Part shown: positions 44,480 to 54,503 of the stretch, in pieces
Layout of the letters: the number at the start of each line of letters is the position of its first letter
Position numbering within the stretch: the stretch's first letter is position 1
Sequence record: NC_061443.1
Length of the DNA: 64,000 nucleotides
Reading direction: 5' to 3' (one strand)
Notes under the pieces: model-generated
What the model was told of the DNA's origin: nothing
The model's database searches: none
Seen by the model: the letters and a program-made list of their open reading frames with translations, nothing else
Program-made: the position numbers and the translations under genes

Positions 44480-45672
44480 CCGAAGACAGAATGAACATTG
44501 AACATATCCGTAGCGTTACAAAAGAAGTCTTCAAAAAAGGCACCGTGCAGCAACGCGATGCGCTACGTTCAATCGCTAACAAGGTGCTGGCGCCAAGCGT
44601 TATGTTTGCCTGTGAAGACACCGCCCCTGATGTAGAGACTGCGTACCGTCTGCTGGAAGATATTAAGTTCAGTGGCGACGGTACTCAGATGCTGCCTGCC
44701 GACGGCGTGTATGCACTCGATTCTATTCTGAATAAAACGTGGCGCGAAGACTTCTTTAGCGCCGTGTGTAACATGGCATTGACAATGTATGCCACTGACC
44801 CAGCTACTGTGGGTAAAGGCTACTGGCCAAAGAATCACAATGACTTTAACCGACTGATCACCCGCGCATTCATCTGGGTTGTGGCCCAGCACGGTCTGAT
44901 CAATCTACTCTCCCCGAGAGATGCTCATGTGGTAAGCCATACTCGTCTGCCGCAGTTCATGATTGCTACACAGGTCGTTGGACAAGACGAAGGTTGCTTG
45001 CGTCACTACACCCTGTACCAACCGCAGCAAGATACAGGCAGCATGGATTCCTACAATGTAGTGCCTGATAGCTACATCGAAAAAATTCGTGCAGACCGCC
45101 GGGCGAATCAGCCGCCTGAATACGAAGAAGCCGCAAACATGTCGTTCTCTGATCTTGCCGATCTGTGTGAGCGCCTGCACGTCATTGGTCCTGAGGCCAC
45201 GTTCCCTCCTTGCAAATGCAAAGTGGAAGATGATTGTGAATGTGACGAAGATGAATACCAGTCGCGTGAAGATTTTGATGAAGACCAGGAAGAGCTACTC
45301 GAAACTTTCTACAATAAGTTCGGCTTCCCTGACGATAGCTCCGACGAGCCAGAAGAAGAAAAGTGGCTTGAAGGTATCTCACTCATGGAAGTTGAAGTCG
45401 ATCTGCCGACCGTGCGACTGCCTACGCCTGAACTCAACACTATGCGCAACAATAGCCGCATGAAGAAGCCTCACCAAAAAGCGCGTCGTGAGAAAATCAG
45501 ACTTACTCCTGAACAACAAATCTGGCATAAGGTTGATACGGATCCGCTGTCTATTGATCGTCGTTTCGCTATCAGTCTCGTATCTCGCCACACATGCGGC
45601 GTTAATCGTGCTGTCGCTACGCAGCGTGAAGCTATGGCAGTCGCTGCTGCTTTGATGGAAGTCAGCGAATAA
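44476..45672 (+). CDS. hypothetical protein with acidic tract
   Basis: long ORF; GAGGAAGG RBS. Confidence 0.8.
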   Translation: MTEDRMNIEHIRSVTKEVFKKGTVQQRDALRSIANKVLAPSVMFACEDTAPDVETAYRLLEDIKFSGDGTQMLPADGVYALDSILNKTWREDFFSAVCNMALTMYATDPATVGKGYWPKNHNDFNRLITRAFIWVVAQHGLINLLSPRDAHVVSHTRLPQFMIATQVVGQDEGCLRHYTLYQPQQDTGSMDSYNVVPDSYIEKIRADRRANQPPEYEEAANMSFSDLADLCERLHVIGPEATFPPCKCKVEDDCECDEDEYQSREDFDEDQEELLETFYNKFGFPDDSSDEPEEEKWLEGISLMEVEVDLPTVRLPTPELNTMRNNSRMKKPHQKARREKIRLTPEQQIWHKVDTDPLSIDRRFAISLVSRHTCGVNRAVATQREAMAVAAALMEVSE

Positions 45673-45717
45673 CTGGTCAGAATAGCGCTTCTTCGTGAGG
45701 CGCTTCTATGATATAAT
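45663..45717 (+). promoter_or_regulatory. early promoter module 7
   Basis: CAGCGAATAACTGGTCAGAATAGC box, TG-A-TATAAT at 45712. Confidence 0.8.
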
Positions 45718-45785
45718 CATAGATAGAGCAATAGTGCTCTCAACGTTATCTCAACCATACGTTTAACAACGGGAATTGTCATACT

Positions 45786-46088
45786 ATGTCACGCACCATT
45801 TCACGCAAGAAAGCATTAGAACTGATGGCTAAAACTTACAACGCCAAGCACCCTGAATATCTGCCACGCTTGATGGCCGAAGATATGGATTCGAAAGACC
45901 TGTTCGAATTCCGTGAAGATGTTGTCGCCCAGATTCGTGAAGGCAAAGATCCTGTTAAAGTTGTTGATGCTATGATCGACAACGCAATTCGTGTGACTCT
46001 GGTACGCCGTCGTTCAAGCAACGATTACAATCCTAAAATCTCCGACGTACTTACTGATGAAATTCGTGATATGCTCCGTAACCTATAA
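45786..46088 (+). CDS. hypothetical protein
   Basis: first gene after the promoter. Confidence 0.75.
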   Translation: MSRTISRKKALELMAKTYNAKHPEYLPRLMAEDMDSKDLFEFREDVVAQIREGKDPVKVVDAMIDNAIRVTLVRRRSSNDYNPKISDVLTDEIRDMLRNL

Positions 46089-46096
46089 GGAATAAA

Positions 46097-46648
46097 ATGA
46101 AAAGCTACGGTTACTTTTATATGTTGAACCACATCGCAATGGCCGTAGACGCACCCAGCAAGGACGCTGGGTTTAAAGCTATGGTTGAGCTGGATATGTT
46201 CAATCGCGCGTCTATCTTCACCCGCCCCGACGCTGAGCCTCGTGCTGCTCAACTCGTCAAAGACCTGACTGCTGCAATCTACCCTGTCGGCGATTGTCAC
46301 CCGACTATTGAACAACGCATGATGCTTGTTCAAGCTCTGCACGATCAAGAGCTGGAAAAGATTGTAGGCTCGATTCGTTTCTTCGTACCTTTCGCATACA
46401 CGAAAGAAGTGTTATGCGATACGTTCGGCTTCTTCGACAACGGAGATACGTTAAGCATTCCGTATTTCTTGCGTCATCATTTCATGGACGACCAAGCCGT
46501 CTTCTGCGAAGGCAAGTTGACCAGCTTCGCACACTCCTGTTCTCATGGAGAAGTGTCGCAGACTGCTCGCCAGTACGGCTTGTTCCCAGCATACGCTTAT
46601 GGTAAGAATGATATACCTGAGCAATTCAAACATCTGCCTCTGTTTTAG
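46097..46648 (+). CDS. hypothetical protein
   Basis: AAGGA RBS. Confidence 0.75.
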   Translation: MKSYGYFYMLNHIAMAVDAPSKDAGFKAMVELDMFNRASIFTRPDAEPRAAQLVKDLTAAIYPVGDCHPTIEQRMMLVQALHDQELEKIVGSIRFFVPFAYTKEVLCDTFGFFDNGDTLSIPYFLRHHFMDDQAVFCEGKLTSFAHSCSHGEVSQTARQYGLFPAYAYGKNDIPEQFKHLPLF

Positions 46649-46657
46649 GAGACTCTC

Positions 46658-47119
46658 ATGGGAGTAGTTAAAGGCATAACCGCCACCACGTTCCCTTCTC
46701 GGGGACGTGACGAGGGCCAGAAGATTGCTCTCAAAACTCGCTGGGGGATTTTCCCTGCTACTGTTGTTCGTCAAGACAATGATCTTCCTCATAACGAGAT
46801 TTGGAAGATTGACGCAAAGAATCTTCCTCGTCGTTACTTCACTGAGATGGACGACTTGTATGTGTCCCGCACGTTCATTGAGAACTTCCCTAAGCTCTCG
46901 CCGATTTGTGCGAAAGGCGAACACGAAGACAAGTTCGTTGACGTTGTGTTCGACCATGACGTGCAAAACAAGTGCGAAGGTATTGTCCTGACACACAGGA
47001 ACTCGTTGCTGATTATTTTGATAACGACAGGTCCACATGAAGGTCGTTATGTCACCGGTAAAGAATGCCAGTACGCCGAGAAGCCCCGTAAGGTTAAGGA
47101 GCTGATCGATGAAAACTGA
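46658..47119 (+). CDS. hypothetical protein
   Basis: AGGAG RBS. Confidence 0.75.
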   Translation: MGVVKGITATTFPSRGRDEGQKIALKTRWGIFPATVVRQDNDLPHNEIWKIDAKNLPRRYFTEMDDLYVSRTFIENFPKLSPICAKGEHEDKFVDVVFDHDVQNKCEGIVLTHRNSLLIILITTGPHEGRYVTGKECQYAEKPRKVKELIDEN

Positions 47120-47390
47120 GAACGGTAATTTTCTTGCACGTTTGCAATCGGGCGAAACATTCTACATGAGTGTTAGCGGCAAGAAGAAAGGTCAGCCGCG
47201 TCAGGGTGTGACGCTAGGCCATGATGCTCGATACAAAGACTTGATGATGGCTGTTGGCGGTGTAGCATTCACTCACGGCTACAAGAACATTCAAGTATCA
47301 TTCAGCCGCAACATCATGGCGGACGCTGATGGTGTTGTGATATTTCGTGTTAAACAATCAATCACTGTTAAAGAAGAAAGGACGTACTAA
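47109..47390 (+). CDS. hypothetical protein
   Basis: AAGGAG RBS. Confidence 0.7.
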   Translation: MKTENGNFLARLQSGETFYMSVSGKKKGQPRQGVTLGHDARYKDLMMAVGGVAFTHGYKNIQVSFSRNIMADADGVVIFRVKQSITVKEERTY

Positions 47391-47929
47391 TGGAATTTTT
47401 GATTAAGCCTGATGCAGACCGTTTCCCGAACTTCATTCCTCCTGCTCGCGCTACAGCCAAAGCTGCTGGCTTCGACCTGTTCGCTCAGGAAGATATGATC
47501 ATCACGGGCGACACTGTGCTGTTTGACTTGGGCTTCCGCACCAAGGTGCCAAAAGACCACGTTGCTATCATCTTCCCTCGCTCAGGTCTGGGCGCTAAGT
47601 TCCACGTTGAGCTGTCGAACACTAACGGCGTTATCGACGAAGACTACACCGGCCTCTGGATGGCAGCGCTGCATCTGGGCGGTAAAGGCACTAAGGTCGA
47701 ACAACTCGATTGGCTGTCTGCTGCCTACGAGCAATCCAGCTTCAAAGAAATCCCTGACATTGACGACGACGAAGACCAGAAAGCGTTGTTGATCAAGCGT
47801 GGCGATGCGTTCGCGCAAGTGCTGTTCTTCCCTGTGCCTGATGTTGAAGTCGTTATCACGCACGAAGAACTGCCTGAAACTGATCGCGGTGAGGGTGGCT
47901 TCGGTTCTACCACGAAGGCCAGTGCCTAG
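47390..47929 (+). CDS. dut: trimeric dUTPase with an insertion between motifs III and IV
   Basis: AAGFDL, PRSGLG, GVIDEDYTG, GDAFAQ, RGEGGFGST. Confidence 0.95.
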   Translation: MEFLIKPDADRFPNFIPPARATAKAAGFDLFAQEDMIITGDTVLFDLGFRTKVPKDHVAIIFPRSGLGAKFHVELSNTNGVIDEDYTGLWMAALHLGGKGTKVEQLDWLSAAYEQSSFKEIPDIDDDEDQKALLIKRGDAFAQVLFFPVPDVEVVITHEELPETDRGEGGFGSTTKASA

Positions 47930-48140
47930 CCTATTGACAGTAGTGCTCATTGCTTACTACGTTGTTGGTACTATTCACTTTGTCCTGGAAGTTCGTTCTA
48001 TACCTGACGACGACCCAAGCATAGTGATGTTCAACCATCACATGGACACTGAGTCCCACGCGCAGTTGCTTTGGTCAGCGACAAAACTTTTGCTGTATGT
48101 GTTATTCATTCACATTCCGTGCTGGATATTCCGCATATAG
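47922..48140 (+). CDS. small membrane protein
   Basis: GTG start overlapping the dut stop; two hydrophobic segments. Confidence 0.55.
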   Translation: MPSLLTVVLIAYYVVGTIHFVLEVRSIPDDDPSIVMFNHHMDTESHAQLLWSATKLLLYVLFIHIPCWIFRI

Positions 48141-48198
48141 TGATATCGTTCACACGAGGGGCCTTACGTGGGCTCCTCATTATCGTAATATAAATGCT

Positions 48199-48513
48199 AT
48201 GGGAAAGAAAACTTATCTGCTGCCACGCGAACGCCCTAGCCCTCTGCCGAACTTACGTGCCTATCTCGCGTATCTCGCCCGGAAGCCTAACGCTCACCGC
48301 GAAGTATTAGAAACGTATTGTAATGCAAGTCTAGCTCAAATGCGCCGCGAACGGTTTTTCGTCGGTAAGCTCTTTGCCTACAAAGTGTATACGAAATCGA
48401 ATAAGCTCGCGTACACGGTTGTCTGGATTGACCCATACAACTACGACTGCCTTGTTCTCAACCACCAAAGGAGATGTGTAGAGTTTAAAAACTTATACGG
48501 CCTGCTATTATAG
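48199..48513 (+). CDS. basic hypothetical protein
   Basis: ORF; weak RBS. Confidence 0.55.
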   Translation: MGKKTYLLPRERPSPLPNLRAYLAYLARKPNAHREVLETYCNASLAQMRRERFFVGKLFAYKVYTKSNKLAYTVVWIDPYNYDCLVLNHQRRCVEFKNLYGLLL

Positions 48514-48551
48514 TTGGGTCCTAGCGCCTTCACACTAGGGGAAATATTCCG

Positions 48552-49232
48552 ATGATAACTGTCCTTAACAATCGTACCGACGAGGTAATGAAACGCCTGA
48601 ACGTAGCAGTATGGGTTTGCGTTGTGTTCGCTTTCGCTGTCTTAATAGCGCTGCGTATCTCACCAGCATTCGCCAGTATGTCTACAGGCCCTGACAACGC
48701 CATTGATGTATCTTCCGCCGTGTCACTCGATCCCTCCAATCGTGTGGCGACAAAATACAAGGAGATCGAAAAGGCAGTAGCAGTCAAAGACGAACGAAGG
48801 CCAAAACGCTATGTAACCCGCGAGCGCCTCCGACAACTTTATGCGCACTTGCCTCATCCTTCTGACTTAGGCAAGCAGATTGATTTGGCCGCAGAGAAGT
48901 ATAGTGTAGATGCAAAACTGCTTCTCTCTATCTGCGTCTCCGAGTCGCATCTTCGTGCAAAGGTCAGAAACAAGTCCGGCGCTACAGGTCTGTGTCAAAT
49001 CATGCCTGACATGCACGGACGTTCTGTGCGGGAACTTATGGACTACCGAGTCAATGTTGATCAGGCAGCCCAAATAGTTGCGTTACTAAACAAGCAGTGC
49101 AAGGGACGACGCGCCTGCGTCATTCAATCTTACAACACTGGTTGGGGAGCATATTTGAAGGGCGTTCGTTCGCCTCAATATTTAGCTAAAGTTCAGACCG
49201 AGTATCGCCGCAAGCATACTCCTTCTTCCTGA
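48552..49232 (+). CDS. SLT-type lytic transglycosylase with N-terminal TM segment
   Basis: A..Y.VD..LL..I..SES (catalytic Glu), GATGLCQIMP, SYNTG; hydrophobic N-terminus. Confidence 0.85.
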   Translation: MITVLNNRTDEVMKRLNVAVWVCVVFAFAVLIALRISPAFASMSTGPDNAIDVSSAVSLDPSNRVATKYKEIEKAVAVKDERRPKRYVTRERLRQLYAHLPHPSDLGKQIDLAAEKYSVDAKLLLSICVSESHLRAKVRNKSGATGLCQIMPDMHGRSVRELMDYRVNVDQAAQIVALLNKQCKGRRACVIQSYNTGWGAYLKGVRSPQYLAKVQTEYRRKHTPSS

Positions 49233-49246
49233 TAGAGGATATAATA

Positions 49247-49921
49247 ATGAACATGAATATTACCGCGCTGTACAAAATGCAGTTCCAGTTGTTGAAACCC
49301 CTGTCACCTCGTCAAGAGTACGCACTGGTAGTGCTGCTGTGTGATGACATTGTTGATGGTGATGTTAAAGCAATGGCAGAAGTAATCATCCGTGACTATC
49401 CGCACGTTGCCCGTCTGTATGACGCATTCGCTGCGGCAAATCAATACGATAACGCAGTACCGTTCATCGTGCCTGTGCTTAACTCGGAAGAAGTGACCGA
49501 AGAGATCTTCTGCATCCGTGACCATGCACTCGTCGTTGCTCCAGAACTGCGTGAACTTCTGAATCAGGCGCTGTCTCGTGTCGTAACAATGCACGAAACG
49601 CCTGATGAACTGCTGATGCGTGAAGGTGCCGAGCTGCTACTCTGTGAAGATGCGATGCCATTTATCTTGGGTCAATTCATGGACAGTATGCTCGATGCCT
49701 ACAACTGCGGTGTATTGCCTATGATCGTGCGCCCTTCGAAAGAGCAACAGGCAATGCGTCCTGAACGTTTGCTCTCATTCGAAATGCTACGCGAACATAA
49801 CATGTTCTCAGGAAGTCTGGACTTTACTAAAGCGCTACAGCCGAGTGAGAAAGCTCGCGTTATTGCACAACAGTTGCTGGCACGTTTACGCCACAATTCG
49901 TTACGTGTTGTAGCTCAATAA
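49247..49921 (+). CDS. hypothetical protein
   Basis: GAGGA RBS. Confidence 0.75.
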   Translation: MNMNITALYKMQFQLLKPLSPRQEYALVVLLCDDIVDGDVKAMAEVIIRDYPHVARLYDAFAAANQYDNAVPFIVPVLNSEEVTEEIFCIRDHALVVAPELRELLNQALSRVVTMHETPDELLMREGAELLLCEDAMPFILGQFMDSMLDAYNCGVLPMIVRPSKEQQAMRPERLLSFEMLREHNMFSGSLDFTKALQPSEKARVIAQQLLARLRHNSLRVVAQ

Positions 49922-49926
49922 AACCC

Positions 49927-49960
49927 AACGGGAGACCTTAACTGGTTTCCCGTTTTTCAT
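49927..49960 (+). terminator. intrinsic terminator
   Basis: AACGGGAGACC-TTAACT-GGTTTCCCGTT-TTT. Confidence 0.75.
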
Positions 49961-49989
49961 TTCTGCGCAAATTTTTAAGGACTACCACA

Positions 49990-50931
49990 ATGACTAAAAT
50001 GATCAACATGCCGTTTGCTACTTTTTCTAGTCGTAGCTCATTCTTCTCGGCAAAAGTTCGTGAACTCGATCTCCAGAACGTCTGGAGCTACGTTGTATCA
50101 AACAACAAACCACAATGGCAAGGCGACCCATTGCTGCACCACATGCACTATCATTCTACCGAGCACATGAAGCAAGTAACTGCTCTCGCCCTGTGGCTGC
50201 TGAATGAAGAAGCCGAACAACCATGGCAGTATGATCTGGGTGCGCTGCCGCTGGCTGTCGCCTGTATGTTCCACGATATGCACCATTCTCTTGGCCGCTT
50301 GAGCGATGCAGTCAACGTGCGTACTGCACAAGACGCTTTCAAACAATATGTGACCGTGTGTGAAGACCCACGCATTATCGACCAGCAGGAAATCATTCTC
50401 GAACTGATAGGCATTACGGAATTCCCGTACATGAAGAACCGCCAGCCGAAGAATCTGATTGAGCGTTGCATTCGTGATGCGGATATCCTATACGGTATGC
50501 AGGACGATGCACTGGACGTTGTGATGTTCGCACTACGCCGTGAGGTGAATCGTGCTGTGAACAAGCCAACGCACTTCACGCCAGAACAGTGGGCAGTAGG
50601 TCGTGTTGACTTCCTCATGTCTGTTGAGATGTATACGCCTGCAGCAAGTGCGATCATGGACTGGCTGTTGGCAAAAGACAACGATCACAATCATCAGTCT
50701 AAGATTGATAGCTGGATGCGGGATAACGTTATCTTCCGTGATACGTCAGCACACAAGCTCCAGGCCAATGATGTGTTGTTTATCGACACTGAGGCAGACA
50801 GTACGCCGAAGCGCCGTTTGATTGAACGTGTTGAGTCAGTACATCCGTACATCAACTTCTATTTCCACGACGGCGAAACTATCTCGCTGCGTGACGGTGA
50901 GAGTTGTGTGGTCTGCGAAAGACGCAAATAA
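49990..50931 (+). CDS. HD-domain metal-dependent phosphohydrolase
   Basis: YHSTEH, ACMFHDMHH, IRDAD. Confidence 0.8.
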   Translation: MTKMINMPFATFSSRSSFFSAKVRELDLQNVWSYVVSNNKPQWQGDPLLHHMHYHSTEHMKQVTALALWLLNEEAEQPWQYDLGALPLAVACMFHDMHHSLGRLSDAVNVRTAQDAFKQYVTVCEDPRIIDQQEIILELIGITEFPYMKNRQPKNLIERCIRDADILYGMQDDALDVVMFALRREVNRAVNKPTHFTPEQWAVGRVDFLMSVEMYTPAASAIMDWLLAKDNDHNHQSKIDSWMRDNVIFRDTSAHKLQANDVLFIDTEADSTPKRRLIERVESVHPYINFYFHDGETISLRDGESCVVCERRK

Positions 50932-50975
50932 TAGGCTGAAATAGACGTATACGAACCACGTGCCTGTGATATAAT
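50922..50975 (+). promoter_or_regulatory. early promoter module 8
   Basis: ACGCAAATAATAGGCTGAAATAGA box, TG-A-TATAAT at 50970. Confidence 0.75.
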
Positions 50976-51007
50976 ACGCATAGGCACACATAATAGAGAG
51001 AACTCGA

Positions 51008-51712
51008 ATGAAATACTTGAAGCGCATTCATCCCGGTGTGGACGCAAGTCTGTTTGCGATTAACGGAATCGTAATACCGATGGCTTTCTTCTACATGGAC
51101 GTCACTATCCATGATCAAGAGCGCGGTGACAAAGAAATAAAGCTCGGTGTGCGTATGAATCCACACGTTCCTGTAGAATCCTATCTGCCTGGCGTGGACT
51201 ACAGAACGTATATTCCAGTGTTGGCCTGCGACCCATCTGATGACGAAGGGTTCCATACGGAGCTGGGATTTATTGACATTAACAGTCGCTATGTTGATCT
51301 GCATCACCAGAAGCGAACGTATCTTGCTTATCTAGGTTCGTTGCCTGATGTTGCGGAGTCCGATGTGCGCGACAAACGATATGTATGTCCGATAGACATA
51401 CGCCAAATACCGCCGCACCCTGACATGCCTCAACGTTTTCGCAACACACCACGCTACGGCGCAACGATTCGCACGGATTACCTGCGTACCTCTGCCCTCG
51501 ACCAGATCGACGATGAAACGTGGGAAGCGCTGCGCACCATTGACCACGCTAAAGGTACTACGTGGTCACAGTTTTTAGACGCCGCAACGTCAGGGCGCTT
51601 CACGCCACACGATGATCTGTCAGACTGTTTGGAGAACATCGACCACGAGTACATGCCTGAACATATCTTCAAGCGTATTCGTATCGCTCAATTCGAGAAA
51701 AGAAGGAACTGA
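51008..51712 (+). CDS. hypothetical protein
   Basis: first gene after the promoter. Confidence 0.75.
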   Translation: MKYLKRIHPGVDASLFAINGIVIPMAFFYMDVTIHDQERGDKEIKLGVRMNPHVPVESYLPGVDYRTYIPVLACDPSDDEGFHTELGFIDINSRYVDLHHQKRTYLAYLGSLPDVAESDVRDKRYVCPIDIRQIPPHPDMPQRFRNTPRYGATIRTDYLRTSALDQIDDETWEALRTIDHAKGTTWSQFLDAATSGRFTPHDDLSDCLENIDHEYMPEHIFKRIRIAQFEKRRN

Positions 51713-51714
51713 TC

Positions 51715-51945
51715 ATGATGCACGATTTGTATAAGGTAAGTGCTATCCTGTTCTACACGCTGGGCGCTATGGCTTTCCTTGCACATATCGTAGGCTTCAT
51801 GAAGAACTGGATGAAAATTCAGGAGATGCGCCAGAAGGCAAAAGCGAAAGCCGCTAAGGTACGCTCTCCACTGCAAGACATTAAACGCCGTCTGCGTAAA
51901 GCAGAAGAACGCGCACGGCATCGCCCACGTAAATTGAGAGACTAA
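51715..51945 (+). CDS. small membrane-anchored basic protein
   Basis: one TM helix followed by a basic coiled tail. Confidence 0.7.
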   Translation: MMHDLYKVSAILFYTLGAMAFLAHIVGFMKNWMKIQEMRQKAKAKAAKVRSPLQDIKRRLRKAEERARHRPRKLRD

Positions 51946-51947
51946 TC

Positions 51948-52256
51948 ATGGCTGAATTAACCCGCGACGATAATCTGGCGAACAAAGTACAACGTGCTTT
52001 GGAAATCTGCTGGGAAGAGACAACGAAGCGTAATGAAGGTGAACACACCTATGCGTTTCTCGCGTCTGAGTTTGCCGCTAACGGTAAAAACTTGTTTGAC
52101 GGCGAATTGCGAATGCTGAACGTCATGTTACGTGACGCCGTTAACATCAACATGTACGGCCGTTACGTTGCAACCGTTTATACAGGTAACAAAGGCATCA
52201 TGGTTGCGTTCCAGCCTGTTGCTGATCTGGAAGATATCATCGAAATGAGGTTCTAG
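51948..52256 (+). CDS. hypothetical protein
   Basis: ORF in operon. Confidence 0.7.
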   Translation: MAELTRDDNLANKVQRALEICWEETTKRNEGEHTYAFLASEFAANGKNLFDGELRMLNVMLRDAVNINMYGRYVATVYTGNKGIMVAFQPVADLEDIIEMRF

Positions 52257-52257
52257 C

Positions 52258-52833
52258 ATGGAACAGATTGATATGTTCGAAACGTACGGCGCGCATGAGA
52301 TCTCTGACTACACTCAACTTGAGTATGAGCGTCTGGCGCCCGACTATATAGCTAAGTCTGACCGTCGAGTTCAGGTCGCGTTCGGTACTCAGGCTCCGAC
52401 TGCCGAGACGATTGAGTTGCACCCGCATCTGACGCCAGGCACGTTGAAGTTCCGTAAGAAGCTGGTTATGATTCAGGAGTTCGTACTTGTTACGCACGAT
52501 AAACTGAAAGCCAGCTTGATTAAGAACCCGGGCCGTCTTAGTGACGTGAACAACATCGACCCGCAGTATTTGATCAACGTGTACAATCACAATGAGAAGC
52601 TCGCGCTGTTCATGAGTGACTTCCACGACTTCATGAGCGACTTCATGAATGCCGTCTACCTGTTCACAGTTGCAACCGTGTATGATGGTCGCTTGTTGGT
52701 CTATGCAGAGAACGGCGAGCCTCTTGTTACTACCAAAGAAACGCTGGATATGCTGACAGAGATCGAGCACTTCATCAACAAAAGCAAGGTCTACCGCGTA
52801 CTGTCCAGCAACTCTATCTATCGCACAATCTAA
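52258..52833 (+). CDS. hypothetical protein
   Basis: GAGGT RBS. Confidence 0.75.
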   Translation: MEQIDMFETYGAHEISDYTQLEYERLAPDYIAKSDRRVQVAFGTQAPTAETIELHPHLTPGTLKFRKKLVMIQEFVLVTHDKLKASLIKNPGRLSDVNNIDPQYLINVYNHNEKLALFMSDFHDFMSDFMNAVYLFTVATVYDGRLLVYAENGEPLVTTKETLDMLTEIEHFINKSKVYRVLSSNSIYRTI

Positions 52834-52880
52834 ACCTTACTTAACATGGGCGCTTACGGGCGCTCTACTGGAGAAACATT

Positions 52881-54503
52881 ATGTCATTCGATCTTCGTCA
52901 AAACTTACTGCTTGTTCGTGACGCTACTCTGACAGGCAAGCCACTGTTCTATTTCTACAACGCTATGGGCCGTGAGATGGTACTCACAGGTGATGTGCTG
53001 CGTGAAATCCTTGATCGTCAGAAAGACGGTACGCTCTGCACTAACACGTACTGGGGTTTTGCTACTGACCCTACGCTGGAAGTTTGGTCGTTCGATGATA
53101 ACAATGACCTAATGCTTCACCACCACATCGGCAAGTCCTGCAAAACGTTTCTGCCTTACGAAATGATTGCAAGCGCCCATGACGGATTCAAGCCAATCAA
53201 TGGCATGTTCATTGAAGACAGCCTGCGCCGTATCATCGCTATTCACCTCAAGGCGACTTGTCGTGAAGAACAAAAGATTACGTGGTTCGCTGACATGCCT
53301 GAGCCTGAGATGCGTAGCATGTTACTTTCGTTTGGTCTGGGCCCGCTGCGTGTGTCGCGTGAAGACAAAGAAGGTCTGGTCAAGCTGCACGATCAGTGGC
53401 TGGAAGACTTTGACGACAAATACAAATACACGCACAACGCGATTGGCCTTGATGACGACGAGAAGATACCTGCTGACTACCGCCCTGAACGTATTCGTGA
53501 CATTATGAAGCGTATGATGCACAACACCAAGACGCAGGAGATGATGGTTCAGACTCTGAATGACCTGTTGCGTCAGTGTCGTATCAGAGGCGATATCCCA
53601 ATGCCTGGTGCCAACTTCAATCTCCAGCAGTTGATCTGCTACTACGCAACGCATTTAATCTATGCGCCTGATGCAGACGAAAAGCTGCGCAGCCTGATCG
53701 ATAATCCGCAGTTCGTTGTCAACTTCATCTACGGCTGGTACCCAGACTATTCGTGGATTGCGGTCAATGAAGAAACGTTCGACTATCAGCAATCGCTGGT
53801 ACGCGCGGCGCTGATCTCGTTAAAGCGTCATGTAGAGAATGAAATCGGTACGTACAAGATTGTTCACGGCATGGTTAAGTTTGCGGACGGCTTCGACCCA
53901 CACGCGAAAGACAAACCAGAAGAAGTCGAAGAGGAAGAGTTCGACGAGGACGAAGACGAAGACGAGACTGATGACCAAGAGAAAGAGGTCATCGACTACC
54001 TGCGTACCAAGACCGAAGACGAACTGCGTAAAGCAGCGCTCAGAAATAAAATGGCACGTCCGATTAAATTGAAGAACATGGACATGGAAGATTTGCTTGA
54101 GCTGTGTGCTGACTACTACGGCACTTCGATGCCAGAAGACTTCGATGAAGAAGAAAAGGAACAGGAGCGTGTTCCAGGGACTCGCAAGTTCCCTGCGCTG
54201 TCTAACGAGTCCAACATTAGTTATGAGACTATCCGCAGTATTCTGAGCCGTGCTCGTTTGTATAAGGCACGACCTGTACGCGTTAAGAACAAAGATCGTA
54301 ATGCACGTAAAGAAGCAGAAGCTGTCGAGCGTAAGAACATTACTAGCGTCCTTCGTGATGCTATCAATGATGGCTGGTTGGAATCTCTGCCTGCGAATAC
54401 GTTAACGGCTCTTGCATACTCCCTGACTAGGATGAAAGACAACGACCGTTATCCTCGTGACTGCGCATTCCTGAAAGAACTAATTAAACACGCGGTCAAG
54501 TGA
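52881..54503 (+). CDS. large hypothetical protein with acidic tracts and HeH-like module
   Basis: GGAG RBS; KTEDELRKAALRNKM...MDMEDLLELCADY. Confidence 0.85.
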   Translation: MSFDLRQNLLLVRDATLTGKPLFYFYNAMGREMVLTGDVLREILDRQKDGTLCTNTYWGFATDPTLEVWSFDDNNDLMLHHHIGKSCKTFLPYEMIASAHDGFKPINGMFIEDSLRRIIAIHLKATCREEQKITWFADMPEPEMRSMLLSFGLGPLRVSREDKEGLVKLHDQWLEDFDDKYKYTHNAIGLDDDEKIPADYRPERIRDIMKRMMHNTKTQEMMVQTLNDLLRQCRIRGDIPMPGANFNLQQLICYYATHLIYAPDADEKLRSLIDNPQFVVNFIYGWYPDYSWIAVNEETFDYQQSLVRAALISLKRHVENEIGTYKIVHGMVKFADGFDPHAKDKPEEVEEEEFDEDEDEDETDDQEKEVIDYLRTKTEDELRKAALRNKMARPIKLKNMDMEDLLELCADYYGTSMPEDFDEEEKEQERVPGTRKFPALSNESNISYETIRSILSRARLYKARPVRVKNKDRNARKEAEAVERKNITSVLRDAINDGWLESLPANTLTALAYSLTRMKDNDRYPRDCAFLKELIKHAVK

